Below are positions 1 to 15,754 of a DNA stretch of 64,000 nt, one piece after another (position 1 is the stretch's first letter; each line of letters begins with the position of its first letter). A program made the position numbers and the translations under genes. The notes under the pieces are model-generated. The model was given only the letters and a program-made list of their open reading frames with translations. It searched no databases and was not told where the DNA came from. The DNA comes from Paragordius varius (taxonomy: Eukaryota > Animalia > Nematomorpha). Location: contig OZ176054.1 in NCBI GenBank assembly GCA_964247055.1, positions 10,044,001 to 10,108,000 on the forward strand, in the 5' to 3' direction.

Positions 1-110
1 TAGGTTCCTGAACGGTTGGGACCGGAACCGGGTTGGTTCCATCCCAATGGAACCGGTTCTTGTTAAAATCCAAGGAACCAGGTTCCGGTTCCGAGCCCAA
101 AAGCTTTGAT
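1..110. repeat. Truncated end of a GGAACC/GGTTCC-rich element (same family as 59594-60294)
   Basis: Dense ggaaccg/ggttcc motifs ending in a degenerate terminus (aagctttg versus aagccctg at 60294). Confidence 0.5.
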
Positions 111-502
111 TCGAAAGTGCATTTATAAAAAAACTTTGACTGTAAAAATTATCTTTATAAGAATTATTTCAGCAAATATCTAATAATGCTTATTTGAAAA
201 ATGCTTAATAATAGCTTGACATGGAATAGGGAATTAATGATTGTTTTAAACAATAATTAAATTTTGCAATTTAGTGTTAATTTAATAATTAAAGTTCAGA
301 TGATCCTTAACACTGATGCTTATGTGCCTTTTTAATTAGACAATAAAAAACTGTCAATAGGATTGGATGGTTTTAATATGAAGACGCACTGCAATCAGAA
401 GGCGAGAAAATATAATAACATTAAATCCGCCATTAAAACAAACGTTAATTTAAAATAAATAAAAAATAAAAATTTATAAATTTAAATCATTGATGCATAA
501 TT

Positions 503-2008
503 TCAAAAACTTTTTGAATGATGCATTCCCTTTACCATATCTTCCAAATCCTTGTTCAAATCATCTTTAGTGTTATTTTTATTGCGATTGGATGCTAAGT
601 CAATTTCATCAAAAGCTTTTGAACGCTCCTCTGGTTTAATTACTATATCATTCTTTGGGTAATTTAATACATGTGAATGTTGGTGGGGATGCTTCATAAT
701 CCACCAAATAAAAAGCAAAACTACAACTGAACTTATAGGATGTACGGAAAATTTTAAAAAGTTTGCAAAAATATTATAGTTTTCTGTGGGATGACCTTTA
801 ATCGACCATATGTAGCCAGTTTTAAACACTGTGATACAGTGTGGCAAACACATGCATAGTTGTAATAATGTTAAACCATAAATATAACAACGAGTTGATT
901 GGTTGTCGATATTGTTTCGAAATTTTTTATGCTTGCTTGGAAAATATCGTAGAATGTATGTTTTGATGTGTAAAATGAATAATACAATGATTATCATAAC
1001 ATTAGCAGCAATTGGGATAACATAGGTTACTAGGATATAATATCTGTCATATTCAGGTGTAAAAACATCATGAAAATTATTCATATCATACCAATAGTAT
1101 GGGCAATAAAAACAATGTTCATCCAACGTATTAAATCTTTTACGTTTACAGGGACTCCGATCCCTACCAAAACTTTTATATTGATAACATTTAAACCCCT
1201 TTTTAATATCCACGTAGAATAGATATGGTAAAGCCATAATAAGGAGGAGAAATGCCAAAAATATTAGGATACTCAAATCTCGTATGAAAGGATTGATGAT
1301 TTGATTCTTTTTTGACATTTGGATTTGAAAATCTAATTTTTCCTTCGTACTAGTGGGCAAAGAATGAGATATAACGGATTTATTTTTGATTTTTTTCATC
1401 ATAGTTTTTTCTTCGTTATCATATATTTCAGTTACTTCTGCATTTTCTGGATAAAGTTGAGAGTTATTGTCACGTTTCCATGTGAGAGTTAATACAGCGT
1501 ACCTTATAAATAGTACGGTTAAAATCCAATTAACATTGGAGGACGTAACTTGTTCCAGGTAAAAAGTTACACGTCCAGCATAAACAATGTAAGATCTTTT
1601 GGATGCTCCTCTGCCCATTGTGTGATACAAAAAGGGGTATAGTATAAGATTAATGGTACCTAACATATTCCAGGTTACAATGGCCAAATTAAATGGATTA
1701 AAACATGATAGAGTTTGTATGGCGTATGGATCCTCGATTTCTTCCAATTGATAATTTTGATTTCGCCATTCTTTACGTTGAGTGCGATATTTTGCCCATA
1801 TATAGTAAAAATATATTTGGGCTATCAGACCAATAAATATAATTGGACCCAATGCATAAACATAATATGTCTTCTCTATCAATGTTGCTTGTCCTGGTAT
1901 ATTATTGCCAGTATTTTGACATTTTTGATATATGTCACAAACATTAGTATGTGTTACAGTAGTTTTGACTACTGGATCGGAAATCACGGTCAAATTAAAT
2001 GATTTCAT
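503..2008 (-). CDS. Single-exon divergent rhodopsin-like (class A) GPCR, 501 aa
   Basis: Seven hydrophobic segments. TM3 ends in IRY (the DRY position), TM4 has LLIMALPY, TM5 has YVIP and TM6 has CMCLPH (CWxP-like). An N-terminal NLT sequon and a Cys-rich ECL2 are present. The 1.5-kb uninterrupted ORF is unlikely by chance in DNA this AT-rich. Confidence 0.8.
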   Translation of the reverse strand: MKSFNLTVISDPVVKTTVTHTNVCDIYQKCQNTGNNIPGQATLIEKTYYVYALGPIIFIGLIAQIYFYYIWAKYRTQRKEWRNQNYQLEEIEDPYAIQTLSCFNPFNLAIVTWNMLGTINLILYPFLYHTMGRGASKRSYIVYAGRVTFYLEQVTSSNVNWILTVLFIRYAVLTLTWKRDNNSQLYPENAEVTEIYDNEEKTMMKKIKNKSVISHSLPTSTKEKLDFQIQMSKKNQIINPFIRDLSILIFLAFLLLIMALPYLFYVDIKKGFKCYQYKSFGRDRSPCKRKRFNTLDEHCFYCPYYWYDMNNFHDVFTPEYDRYYILVTYVIPIAANVMIIIVLFILHIKTYILRYFPSKHKKFRNNIDNQSTRCYIYGLTLLQLCMCLPHCITVFKTGYIWSIKGHPTENYNIFANFLKFSVHPISSVVVLLFIWWIMKHPHQHSHVLNYPKNDIVIKPEERSKAFDEIDLASNRNKNNTKDDLNKDLEDMVKGMHHSKSF

Positions 2009-2910
2009 TTAAATCGGTTGAAAACCAACTAAAGATTTTATATAACAAGTGGTGTTGAATTAACTCATTATTTAATGTTAAAAATATAACGTCAATAACA
2101 ATCATTTTACAAAACATCGTTTGATTTTTATAATTCCTGTTTAAAATGCATTATTACTCATACAAACGTATATATTTTTAAGATATTTCATCATTTTTAA
2201 ATAAACGATAAGGTTGATATAACATGTCCATTTTTTACAGTATAGTTCTACTATTATTTATAAGCTGTGTTACATTTTGTGCGATATACGGCTTTTGAAT
2301 TAACAATCCTTTTTTTTATTATATTTGGCTCATATTTTAACTAAACCTTTTTAATTCAAGTAAATAATTCTTAAGTAGAATACATAGTTATTCGCACAGT
2401 TTACACAAATATATTCTTATAAATTAAATACACATTAGATTATCAGAATTAGTCTTTTATTTGAACTTTCGACTCATTCAAAAAATAGTTAAATAAATCG
2501 AAATTTCGTGTTATCTGTGGATCAAAATGGTTTTAGTATGCCGAAAATATTTTCCAATGATTTCAAAACAATAACTGAAATTCAAATTACGGCATAATAA
2601 CTAATGATCTAATTTGTAACATTAATAATATCTTAAATATATATATATAAATGAGTATTATTATACCTATAATTAAAAAAAGAATATCTCGGTATCTTTC
2701 AAATTAGAGCTACGTATATTAGATTCGTTAGTTTTTAAATACGATATTATGAAGTGGGAAAAGGGAAAAGAAAGCGTTAGCATAATAGCCATTATTATAA
2801 TGTGTATATGAAGTTAACATTCATTCCAATTATAATTATTTATTCAATTACATGACACAGTAAATTGATTACCCAAAAATTAATGGTATTATTGCCTTAA
2901 GAGATGACCA

Positions 2911-5360
2911 TTAAAGATCTTTTATTATGTCGGCAATTTCATCCGCATCTAATTTATGGTACAACTTTTCGCGCGTAACCGTGGCAACTTCTACATTCGT
3001 AGACGTTGGTTTTTCCTCCATAACTTGTTTGAGAATGGTAAGGGCTTCTTTAATGGCTTGTTTAATAGTCATATCCTAAATTTATAATTTAAACAATATT
3101 ATAGATGATAAAAATAATTAAATACCAAAAATTATTTACTAAAATTATATAAAAATCGTAATTCCAACTTACCGGATCGTAGACATCTTGGAGAGATTGT
3201 TGTGCCCCTTCAGAACCAGAACCAATGGCTTTAGCCCCACAATCCGTATAAGTTCCGGAAGGATCCATGTGATACCTTTAAGTTTAATAAAAGAATGTTA
3301 TTTAATCACTAATATACACTGAAAGATGCATTTAAGAGAAAAAATTAAATACAATATTGGTCCATTTCTATCATAGCCAGCGAAGAGCAGAGCAACTCCA
3401 AATGGTCGACTCTATAATAATATTAAAAGAGAAACGTTAGATTAAATTAATTTTATGCATTTAATAATTTTTAAAATGATATGTCCTTAAAAATAAAAAT
3501 CACCTAATATTATAAATAGTAACGAAAAAGATGACTAATTTAACTATAATAAATTCACATATCATCCATCATGAAGTTAATTATTCTGATACCAGCACTT
3601 CCTTTTGAAGCATTATGGGTGAGGTGATAAAAAAGTTGCACATGAATTGTAAGTCAAGCGTGGCATGTTGAGCAAGTTTACTTAAGCCAGCAAGTGTACA
3701 CTTGAAGATTGGTAATATAAAAAACACTTAAGTCAAGTCTTTTGCTTTTGAATGTAACATATTTTTTCCACCCAATTCGAATTATATTTTTTTTGATCAT
3801 AATTTAATACAATATACATTTTTTGAAGTTTTTCAAACTCATTGGCACGTATGCTATTTAATATTATAGAGTTTTCTAAATATTAATCCTGGTAAAAATT
3901 TTTAGATTGATAAAACCATTCGCATAAAACACTTTCCATTATTTTACAACACTACTTATTTTGTTTGGTCCAGTTGCACTTATAACGGGAAGATTTTTAT
4001 ACAATATAACATATTATTATTTTCCATTGTTTATCAACTTTACATTCGAAATAAATTTATGATGAAAATTTTTTACATTAGTTAATAGTGAAGTAACCTT
4101 TAGCGTTTAATAAACGAAGATTTGATATTTTACAAGATTAATATTTAATTATTAAGTTAAAAAATTTTGAGAATCAATTTTTTTGCGCACACGAAATTGA
4201 TATATTTAGCATATTTTTATATGCCATGCTCTTAAATATTAGCAGAGCTTTTCTATAAATTTATCCTCTTTTGTCTCCACCCAATAAATAGGTTAATTAG
4301 CCAAAATTTATCATATTAATATTTTATAGCATTAACAAAGGTTTGAATTACATATAAAACCTAAATTTTATACATAATTAGTTTCCAAAATAATTTTATC
4401 CATATTTTAAAATCTGTCAAGTGTCCCTTTCACTACACTTGCCTGATCATATGATTTTTAATCACCTCCGAATCAAGTTTTCTTGCTTGACTTAAGTAGT
4501 CTAATGTTAAATTTTTTTATCACATGAAAGCAAGCCATGAATTGAAAAACTTGCAAGTCAAGTCAAAAAAAATTTTTATCACCCCAACCTATATTTGCAA
4601 AATTTTCACTTAATTTACCATAATGTATCAACCCATTAAAACATCAAACAGTCCAATGTAAATATATATTAATAAAAATGGCTAAATTCCCACATCAATA
4701 ATCGTTATGTAGGACCCGATATACGCAGTGGCGAAACTACGAGGAGCAGTGCGGGGGAGCCCAAATCAAAACAGGGACCCTTTTTAATCATTTATTCTTT
4801 TAATTTTTCCGCCATTGAATATACGATAGTATTAAAAATTTATAATTTTCCAAAACTGCCCAAAAAACAATTGTTTATTACCATATAACTTCCTTCGGCA
4901 TCATCATCCCCAAACTGAATAGCCAGAGTGGATACACTCTGTGTTAAAGCTTCTGTTGTCATTCCCTCATTGTAAACGAACCAGTGATTCTAGAAGGTTT
5001 TAACTATCTATTACCTGAGATTCAACTCTGGCTTTATCGATGAGTGTTTTAGAATCTGACATCAATCCGCTAACAGCTAAACCAATATGTTTATCAACCT
5101 TAACAATCTTCTCTATACTATCGGGTTCAATCAGAGTGGATGTAATGCGTTTTTCTACGGCAAGCACAACACCTTCATTTGTTTTAATTCCAATAGCTGT
5201 AGTTCCAAGCTAAAAAAAATTTAGCATGTAAAAATGTTAAGTTTCAAATATAATATGATAATACTTTAATAGCCTCAATAGCATATTCTATTTGCAGCAA
5301 TCTTCCTTCAGGGGAAAATGTATTAACTCCTCGATCATATTCGGATCGTGTTAGAAACAT
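2911..5360 (-). CDS. PSMA5: Proteasome subunit alpha type-5, 241 aa
   Basis: Exons 5360-5265, 5209-5015, 4989-4882, 3411-3353, 3275-3173 and 3075-2911, all GT-AG. Translation: [39 protein letters not shown]...ARVESQNHWF...[10 protein letters not shown]...YHMDPSGT...LKQVMEEK. This is unmistakably alpha-5. Introns are 55, 25, 1470, 77 and 97 nt. Confidence 0.97.
3617..4590. mobile_element. MITE-like element filling most of PSMA5 intron 3
   Basis: Inverted termini gggtgaggtgataaaaaa (3617) and tttttatcaccccaacct (4590), with inverted subterminal aagtcaag/cttgactt motifs. A related end lies at about 18945-18980. Confidence 0.6.
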
Positions 5361-5516
5361 GTTTTAATTACAGATGAAATGAATGACCGCCTTTTCCTTA
5401 TGACAATTGTTTTCATAAATTCATTGCATCATCCATAATCGTATTACTTAGCCTAATTTTTTGATTTGCAACTCTTTGGTTTTATATTCTATACACCGTT
5501 TTATTAATTTTTTAAC
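5361..5516. promoter_or_regulatory. Putative bidirectional promoter/5'UTR region, PSMA5 to cathepsin L
   Basis: Only 156 bp separate the two divergent ATGs (5360 on -, 5517 on +). Confidence 0.6.
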
Positions 5517-8823
<3,307 letters not shown>

Positions 8824-9339
8824 ATGATTTACAATTTTTATATGTCATATTAAATCATTCAATATTCATTTATTCTTTACTACTATCTATACTCTCCTTC
8901 TATGAAAAATTTTTATTATTATGTAAAAGATACACCTATAAAAATCATTAATTAATTATGCGAATGCGTATTAAGCGCTAATATTTTTAATTTTTATTTT
9001 ACCACTAATATATTCAAATTTATTATATAATTTTATCGTTATGATTTTTTACCAATTAATATGTTTTAAAAATTATAGAATAAATAAATAATCTACTACC
9101 GCATTATTATTAATTATCCCATGTTATAACATTTTGAACTCTGTTCCATTTGTAAAAAATTAAATGCCAATCCAGTTCAAAGCTCTCCATTTCTAATCTC
9201 CTTTTTTAAATGTCCCAGATCAAATATTGAGTTTAATATCATATGATATGCAGCTTACAAAAAATATATTTAAAATTTTGACCAAGCGCTGATATAAAAT
9301 TGGAAAACATATTCCATGAATAAAAATCAAGAATAACAC

Positions 9340-10070
9340 TGCTCAACAAGGTTTTGCACCACCCCATTATTTTTGCATTTTCTGATACCTAATGGCATGG
9401 AAAGGCCAAAACAAAAAAGAAAATTGAGGCTACCACAAGGATTTTTCCGAAATTTAATTTTTAAATTTGTATTTAATTTAAAAATAACAATCATTCCTCG
9501 TGTACATATGTTTAAATATTCAAACGAACAAGTCGATACAAAATATTCCATGCATGAATAACAAAATTCTTGGCATTAAATAAGATACTAAACAAGCTAA
9601 GAGCCAAAATATTAAAAATCTAAAAGGGGCTTATGTATAGTGTGATAGAATAGGGCGGCTGCACAAGCTCTGCATATCCCCAAGCGATCCAATTTTTCCA
9701 GATATGGCAAAGATAACAATAAATAATCGTTAAGCCCTATAAGAGAGACTTGCAAGCAAAATCCAGGCAAATTGACATGTCAAATTAACCAATTCACAGA
9801 ATAAAGTTAGATAAATTCTACAATTAAATTGAATAAAAAGATTAGGTAAATATAAATGGCCCAATCCCATAATAGTAAATTCAACTAAAAGTGGCTACAC
9901 AACATCCATCTGAAATTAAAAATACAAAACAACCAATAATTTTAAAAAATAAATATATCCACTAGGTATAAATAAAAGATTTTTTGTAAGAAGCAACTCA
10001 AGAAAAAAAGCCTAATAAGTACTCAAAAGAACGAAAACTAACAAATAAAATATAGCCTATCCGAAAGCCG
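9340..10070 (+). mobile_element. Highly degraded non-LTR retrotransposon RT remnant
   Basis: Interrupted translations QQGFAPPHYF (PQG-like) and KLRAKILKI*KGLMYSVIE*G (like YKxLIRxVIEYG). Many stops. Confidence 0.35.
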
Positions 10071-10081
10071 ATGGTTTAAAC

Positions 10082-11914
10082 CAGTGATACTCAAACCGCG
10101 GCCCGCGGGCCGCATGCGGCCCTAAGAGTGCTTTAAAATTGCCCTATGACCAAATTGATACATAAATTATTTTTTTGATAAATTTTTAAAATACGCATAA
10201 GCGAATTTTTGCGTATTTTAATATTAATTTATTTTCCTTAAAGTTAATTTTGGTAATTTTTATTTTTTACCAATTTGAAAAGTAGAAAAATTTTCCTACA
10301 TTAAAATGATTTCCAAATTTTGGCACACGTTGTTTCTGTTTCTGCATTTTATTTTATTTTCTATTTTAAAATTTTTATTGCATTCCTTTTTTGTAAAGCA
10401 AGCCTTTCACCCAAACTTGCATATTCTTTTCATTGCTATCTTACATCATTTTCTGATACTCATTTCCATAAAATATTTATCAAATCAATATCATTGAATT
10501 TTGTCCTGTTTTTTTATAGCATATTCAAAAAATTATACTCCTATTTTTTTGAAAAAATTTAAATAATATTTAAACATAAATTAAAAGGATGACATCTAAG
10601 GCTAAAAAACGTAAATTATCCGATGAAAATTGCTCCTTTAAAAAGAATAGGAAGAAAATTTTTTTGTCGTTTTTAAAAAAATGTTGTTTCCTGCTTTATA
10701 TGTAAGCACCACATAATTATAAAAAATACAATATAAAAAGACATCTCAATGTGCGCTCTTCATGAGATTTTGCAACGACAACATAATCAAAGAGTATTTA
10801 TTTTTACCAATGAATAATACCACGAAAAGAAGTAATTTCCTAGAAATGATTAGCATTTTTTTCGATAATAATGGCATATCTATGAAAAAATTGGTTTTGT
10901 GCACAGATGGCTGTTCCTCTATCATTGGAATAAACAAAGGAATTATTCCCATTTTGAAAAACAAATATAATTTGCAAAATATTTTATCCTTTTACTGCTT
11001 TATTCATCAGCAACTTGGTTTCGCGTATAAAAAATGAATCATTCAATTCAGTAATAAAGTTTGTGGATATAGTTAACCGTGGCAAAAAATTCATCGGCCT
11101 TAAATTCAAAAACCTTCTGAATATCCACAGTGAATCTGACCCTATTTGTACACCGCTGTAGTATTAAGTAGATTTTTTGTTTTAAGGCATAAAATTCTAT
11201 TATTTATAAATCATAACAGAAGGTTTAACGAGGAAAATAATAATGATAAACAGTGGGTTTTATTAGCCTACCTTTGCGACATTACCGGGGAGGTTATCAT
11301 TTAACATTTTTATCTAATGAGATGAAATTCAGAACTAAGAAATATTAAAAATTGCTTAAAACTCGTTGAAAATCCATGGCATATGGATATATCCAATATT
11401 AAGCAACTTGAGCATTTCGGTTTCGACAGGCGCATATCATTGAAGAATTCGTAGATCTTAAATATGATTTCAGGAGATTAATTAGGAGAATCGTGGGGAA
11501 GAAAGAAATGTAGAGTTTTGGCAAGATGAGCCAAATACTGTTTTTCCTTCAACTTACACGTGTGAGGCGGCATATTCAAAAATGAAGTATGTCAAATATA
11601 CATACAGAAATCGCTTAACCGATGATCATATGGACGATGTATTAAGATTGGCCTGTCATGAGGCGAAACTTGTCAAAAATTATTGGTTAATATCAAAATA
11701 AATGTTAACGAAATATTTAATTTTTTAAAGATGCAAAACGAGTTTTTAGCTGGATTTACATGCGATCCGCAAAAAATTTATTGTGCAGATTTAGAGTATA
11801 ATTATGTGCATATGTGTCAAATAACTATAGAATATTTGCCATTATAAGGTTCATGGCCCTCGAAAAATAATATATTTTATTTGGCCCGTCAAATTTTTTT
11901 GCTGAGTACCACTG
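10082..11914 (+). mobile_element. Buster/SPIN-type hAT transposon, internally deleted, transposase pseudogene
   Basis: TIRs CAGTGATACTCA and TGAGTACCACTG with a perfect 8-bp TSD GTTTAAAC. Transposase fragments include MTSKAKKRKLSDEN, LCTDGCSSIIG, CFIHQQ and STYTCEAAYS. Confidence 0.92.
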
Positions 11915-12452
11915 GTTTAAACCATAGAATGCCTTTTTTAGTATTTTTTTAAAATTTTTTTTATACGTATTAAAAATTCACTTGGAAGAAAAAGACTAAA
12001 TTTTGACGTTTAAATCCGTACTATTTTTTTCTCTCTGATATTTAAATGACATATTTATATTCAAAAGATAGAGTTTAAAACGCTTTAATAAATGATATTA
12101 AGTTTATAATATAATAACATTTTATTATAAAGTTATATTTAATTTTCTCTCGATTTTCATTTGTTTTTGAAAAATTGAAAAACCTATAATATTTCGAAAT
12201 TCTGATTGCCGGGATCAAAAAATTTTTCACATTCGGTTTTAAAACACTGAAATTAGTCATAATTTAAAAGTTTGAGTGGTGGTGCTCAAAAATGTCCAAA
12301 TTTGTCGACTAGTGTAATTAACCTTATATACAAAAATAAGGTAGACCATAAAATGGTGAAATATTTTAAATTGTGGTAAAACATATATTCTTATCAAATA
12401 AAATATCAAGATTCTTGCGCTTTTTGCTTTGGGCTTGCGAAGAATTTACAGA

Positions 12453-12602
12453 TATACCTTTTACAGTTCAAATTCACTCTTATGGCATAAAATCTTATTT
12501 TTAAAAAATATATAAAAATTAGGTAATTTTTAATCTTATAAATCATATATATTTGAGGATGAATTTGAATTGTTCAATGGTGATATTGAATTGTATATGG
12601 TA
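12453..12602. mobile_element. Small TA-flanked MITE
   Basis: Termini tacc..ttacagttcaaattca and tgaattgtatatggta. Same family as 52288-52569. Confidence 0.5.
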
Positions 12603-13006
12603 TATATATAAGGTGACCAGATTTTTTGAAGGAAAAAGCGGGACAAATCTGAGAAGGGGGGGTATGAGGTGGGGTGTACAACCAAAATTTTTATACAAAA
12701 AATTTATTGTAGAATTTATTTATTTTTAACAGAAATACATTATAAATATAAAAAAATATTTAATTCCTTGGTATATTTTTTATTTGAGTAAATGCGTTTA
12801 GCAGATTGTCATCATTTTATAAAATATTGTAGTCTTCACAAGAATTTGTCAAATTATATCTGACAGATAAAATGGTAAAGTTTCAACATTTAAATTTGAT
12901 TTTTCTGATATCCACATCCGATTTACTGTGGAAAAAACGCGCTCAGTAGCAGCGTTGGTTCCAGGCAAAGATATCTACAATTTTTAAATTGTATGGAACA
13001 TAGTTT

Positions 13007-13162
13007 AATATTAAAGTTGAGAGAATTACGCATTGTATTTATGAAATTTATTAAAAAAAAATTAAGCTGAAATGCGTATAAATATAAAAAATGTATATTT
13101 TAATTTTCGACTTTTATAGTAAAGTCTCTATCGATTGTACGCATTTCAGCTTAATTTTTTAA
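13007..13162. mobile_element. Small hairpin element inserted in the hAT transposase, 12-bp TSD
   Basis: Flanked by direct ggaacatagttt repeats (12995-13006 and 13163-13174). hAT copy 2 has this motif once, with no insert. A second copy lies at about 41860-42048. Confidence 0.8.
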
Positions 13163-14707
13163 GGAACATAGTTTGTTTCAAAATGATGAAATATTTCTAA
13201 CCATTTCATTTCTACTGTATTTTTTTCTGTTGTCCATAATTTAAGTTTTTCTATTAATATATTTTATAACTATGATATTTTAGAAAAAAAGATATTTTCT
13301 GAAAGGTTACTTTTTGGGAATTTTTGGGAGATGCAGAAATGATTTTTTAACATCGCACCAATTAAATTCTGGTTTTAATGTTATCCAATGAAAATGATCA
13401 ATTTCATTAATTGCACCGTCCAGTCTTACAATAATCTTTACAGTTTGTATAAAACATTTTTAATGGTACAGGATATCTTGGCGATTTATTAAGCCTTGTT
13501 TTTCTAAATTATTTATAATATTGCGGATGGTTACTGGTATAAAATTATTTTATAACCTTTCTTGACATTGGAATATTAGGTTACTAACTTCATTGGCTAC
13601 TTCGATTGCCGAAGTTATGTCACTTTCTATCAATTTAATAACATTTTGAAAGAGAGAAGCTTGATTATGTAGGAACTCTAACCATATTGAAGAATCACTT
13701 TCAAAAAACTTTTCCAAAGTTGTAGGACATTTGTCCTGTGATAAAAAAATAGGATAGGATCATTTTTAAAATTCCTTCGATAGCTTGCAGAAGAACAAAC
13801 CAACGAGTTTTACAATATCCAAGCATTTTTTAATATTGAACTTCTGCATTTGCGCAAGCGTTTCAACGCGTACCGTGTATATAAAAATAGGAATATACCT
13901 TAACAACTACATTTTCCACATCTAGGGGTAACAAATCAGCAGGTGTTTGAATAGCGTTGTGTGTTATTGGCGCTACACACCTAACGTCAATAATGGATTA
14001 AGATTATCTGCTAATTACTGAAACTTATTTTTTGTTCTCCTCCTTGCTTTTCCACCGAAGTTCGTATTAGTGTTGTCACCGCAATATGCGATGATTTTGT
14101 CTTTTAAATTATTTTTTCCTAGAATATTCATTATTGAAGTAAAATTATGTAGGAATTCACACCGGGTAGAGAAATAGAATTTTAATTTTACTCCGATTTC
14201 TGGATCAAAATATTTTATTAACGTGGGAAATATTTTTGTTTCCTGATTTGATACATCAGAGTATGGCGATATGAAATTATTTTTCAGCAAATCATTTTGT
14301 AATAAGAAGATGCATGTGGCGAAAGGACAATGCCAATGGCTTCAGCCTTTGTACGGGCACGAATAACATGTGAGGTACAATCCATAGATCTAAAGGAATG
14401 ATTGTAATTAACGGGTGAAAAGATAAAACGCCTTGGGCTAATGCCAAATTCTTTTCTTCCTCTCCAAAAGCGGTTTTACGATATAATGGCTCATTTGTAA
14501 GATGATGCCACCATATCTAAACATTTTTTATGTTTCTGTGTTCCCATATGCTTTGTAATATCATGCTTACCGCCATGTGGTAGGGTGAACCCCTAACATA
14601 AAGCATTTAACAAATGATTCATTCTTCGTTTTTTTGATAAAAGGAAATTCTTTCATTAAATCATCGTTAAATTTACAACCTTTTTTTGTACTCATATTTT
14701 AAACTAA

Positions 14708-15754
14708 TCTATATATTTATAAAAATGGAAAATGCTGGCTTTGTGATTTGGTACCGGAAAACCGGTAGATCCATTCAAATCCAAATTTCGAAAAAATATA
14801 ATCATTAATGAATGCCCCGACAATAGCTTCTCAGTTTTTTTGAAATAGGCCCCCAGTTCGGCCTCACCCCTGAAAACAGAAGTCCAGAAAAATCGTGTCT
14901 TTGAGACAATTTTCTGGAGAACGTGTTGGACCATTAATTTCAAATATGATCTTTGTTTCCTTATTTTCGATTGCGCCGAACATAGTCGTCTCGCTTTTTT
15001 GATTTAGGCTCTCTTTTTACCCGCTCCCTCCGTAAAATGCCATTTTTTTCAAAATCAAAGTCCACAAAAATAATTTTTTAAATCTATTTTTCGCCCTTGA
15101 TATGAGACTGTAAAAATTCAATATAGATTCCACGTATTCCCTGTTGAAAGGCAAAAATTTTAGTCAAGCGTTTCTTTGATGATAGCTGCTGGGTAAGGAG
15201 CTACCCGCTAAAAACTGATTCCTCATGTAACTTTGTGATCTGTTTCCGGAAAACCGGTGAACCCAATCGAATCCAAATAGCGAAAAAATATAATCATCAA
15301 TAAATGTCCCGACTTTCGCCCTTTTTTGGAATTAGGTCCCCAGTTCGGGCCTACCACGTGTAAAAAACGGGTTTTTTGAAAACAGAAATCCACAAAAATC
15401 GTGTCTTTGAGACAATTTTCTGGAGAAAGTGTTGGATCATTTAATTTACTTATTTTCGATTGCGCCGAACTAGTCGTCCCGCTTTTTTGATTTAGTCCCT
15501 CTTTTTACCCGATCCCTTCGTAAAATGCCATTAAAAACAAAGTCCACAAAAATAATTTTTTAAATCTATTTTTGGCCCTATTAAACAATATATTAGTATA
15601 AATGCTCCGTTTTAAAATTCCTATAAAATCATATCTATTAAATAATGTTTCGAAATAATCCACATATGTGGATCATTTTATTGTCCCTTATTTCAAATAG
15701 CCCTCCCCCCAAAAGTCCTCCTCGGGCTGCGTAGCAGCACGAGATTTACGCAAG
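14708..15754 (+). mobile_element. Non-autonomous Helitron, copy A
   Basis: 5' A|TC. The 3' end has the hairpin ctcgggctgcgtagcagcacgag, then CAAG|T (a CTAG variant). No TSD relative to the empty site in hAT copy 2. It carries an internal ~300-bp duplication. Confidence 0.85.

Noticed and set aside
1715-2002. 95-aa + strand ORF
   Set aside because: Antisense shadow of the GPCR CDS with no independent motifs.
4726-4800. CAGTGGCG-type transposon-like terminus in PSMA5 intron 3
   Set aside because: No matching second end or TSD was found, so it could not be delimited.
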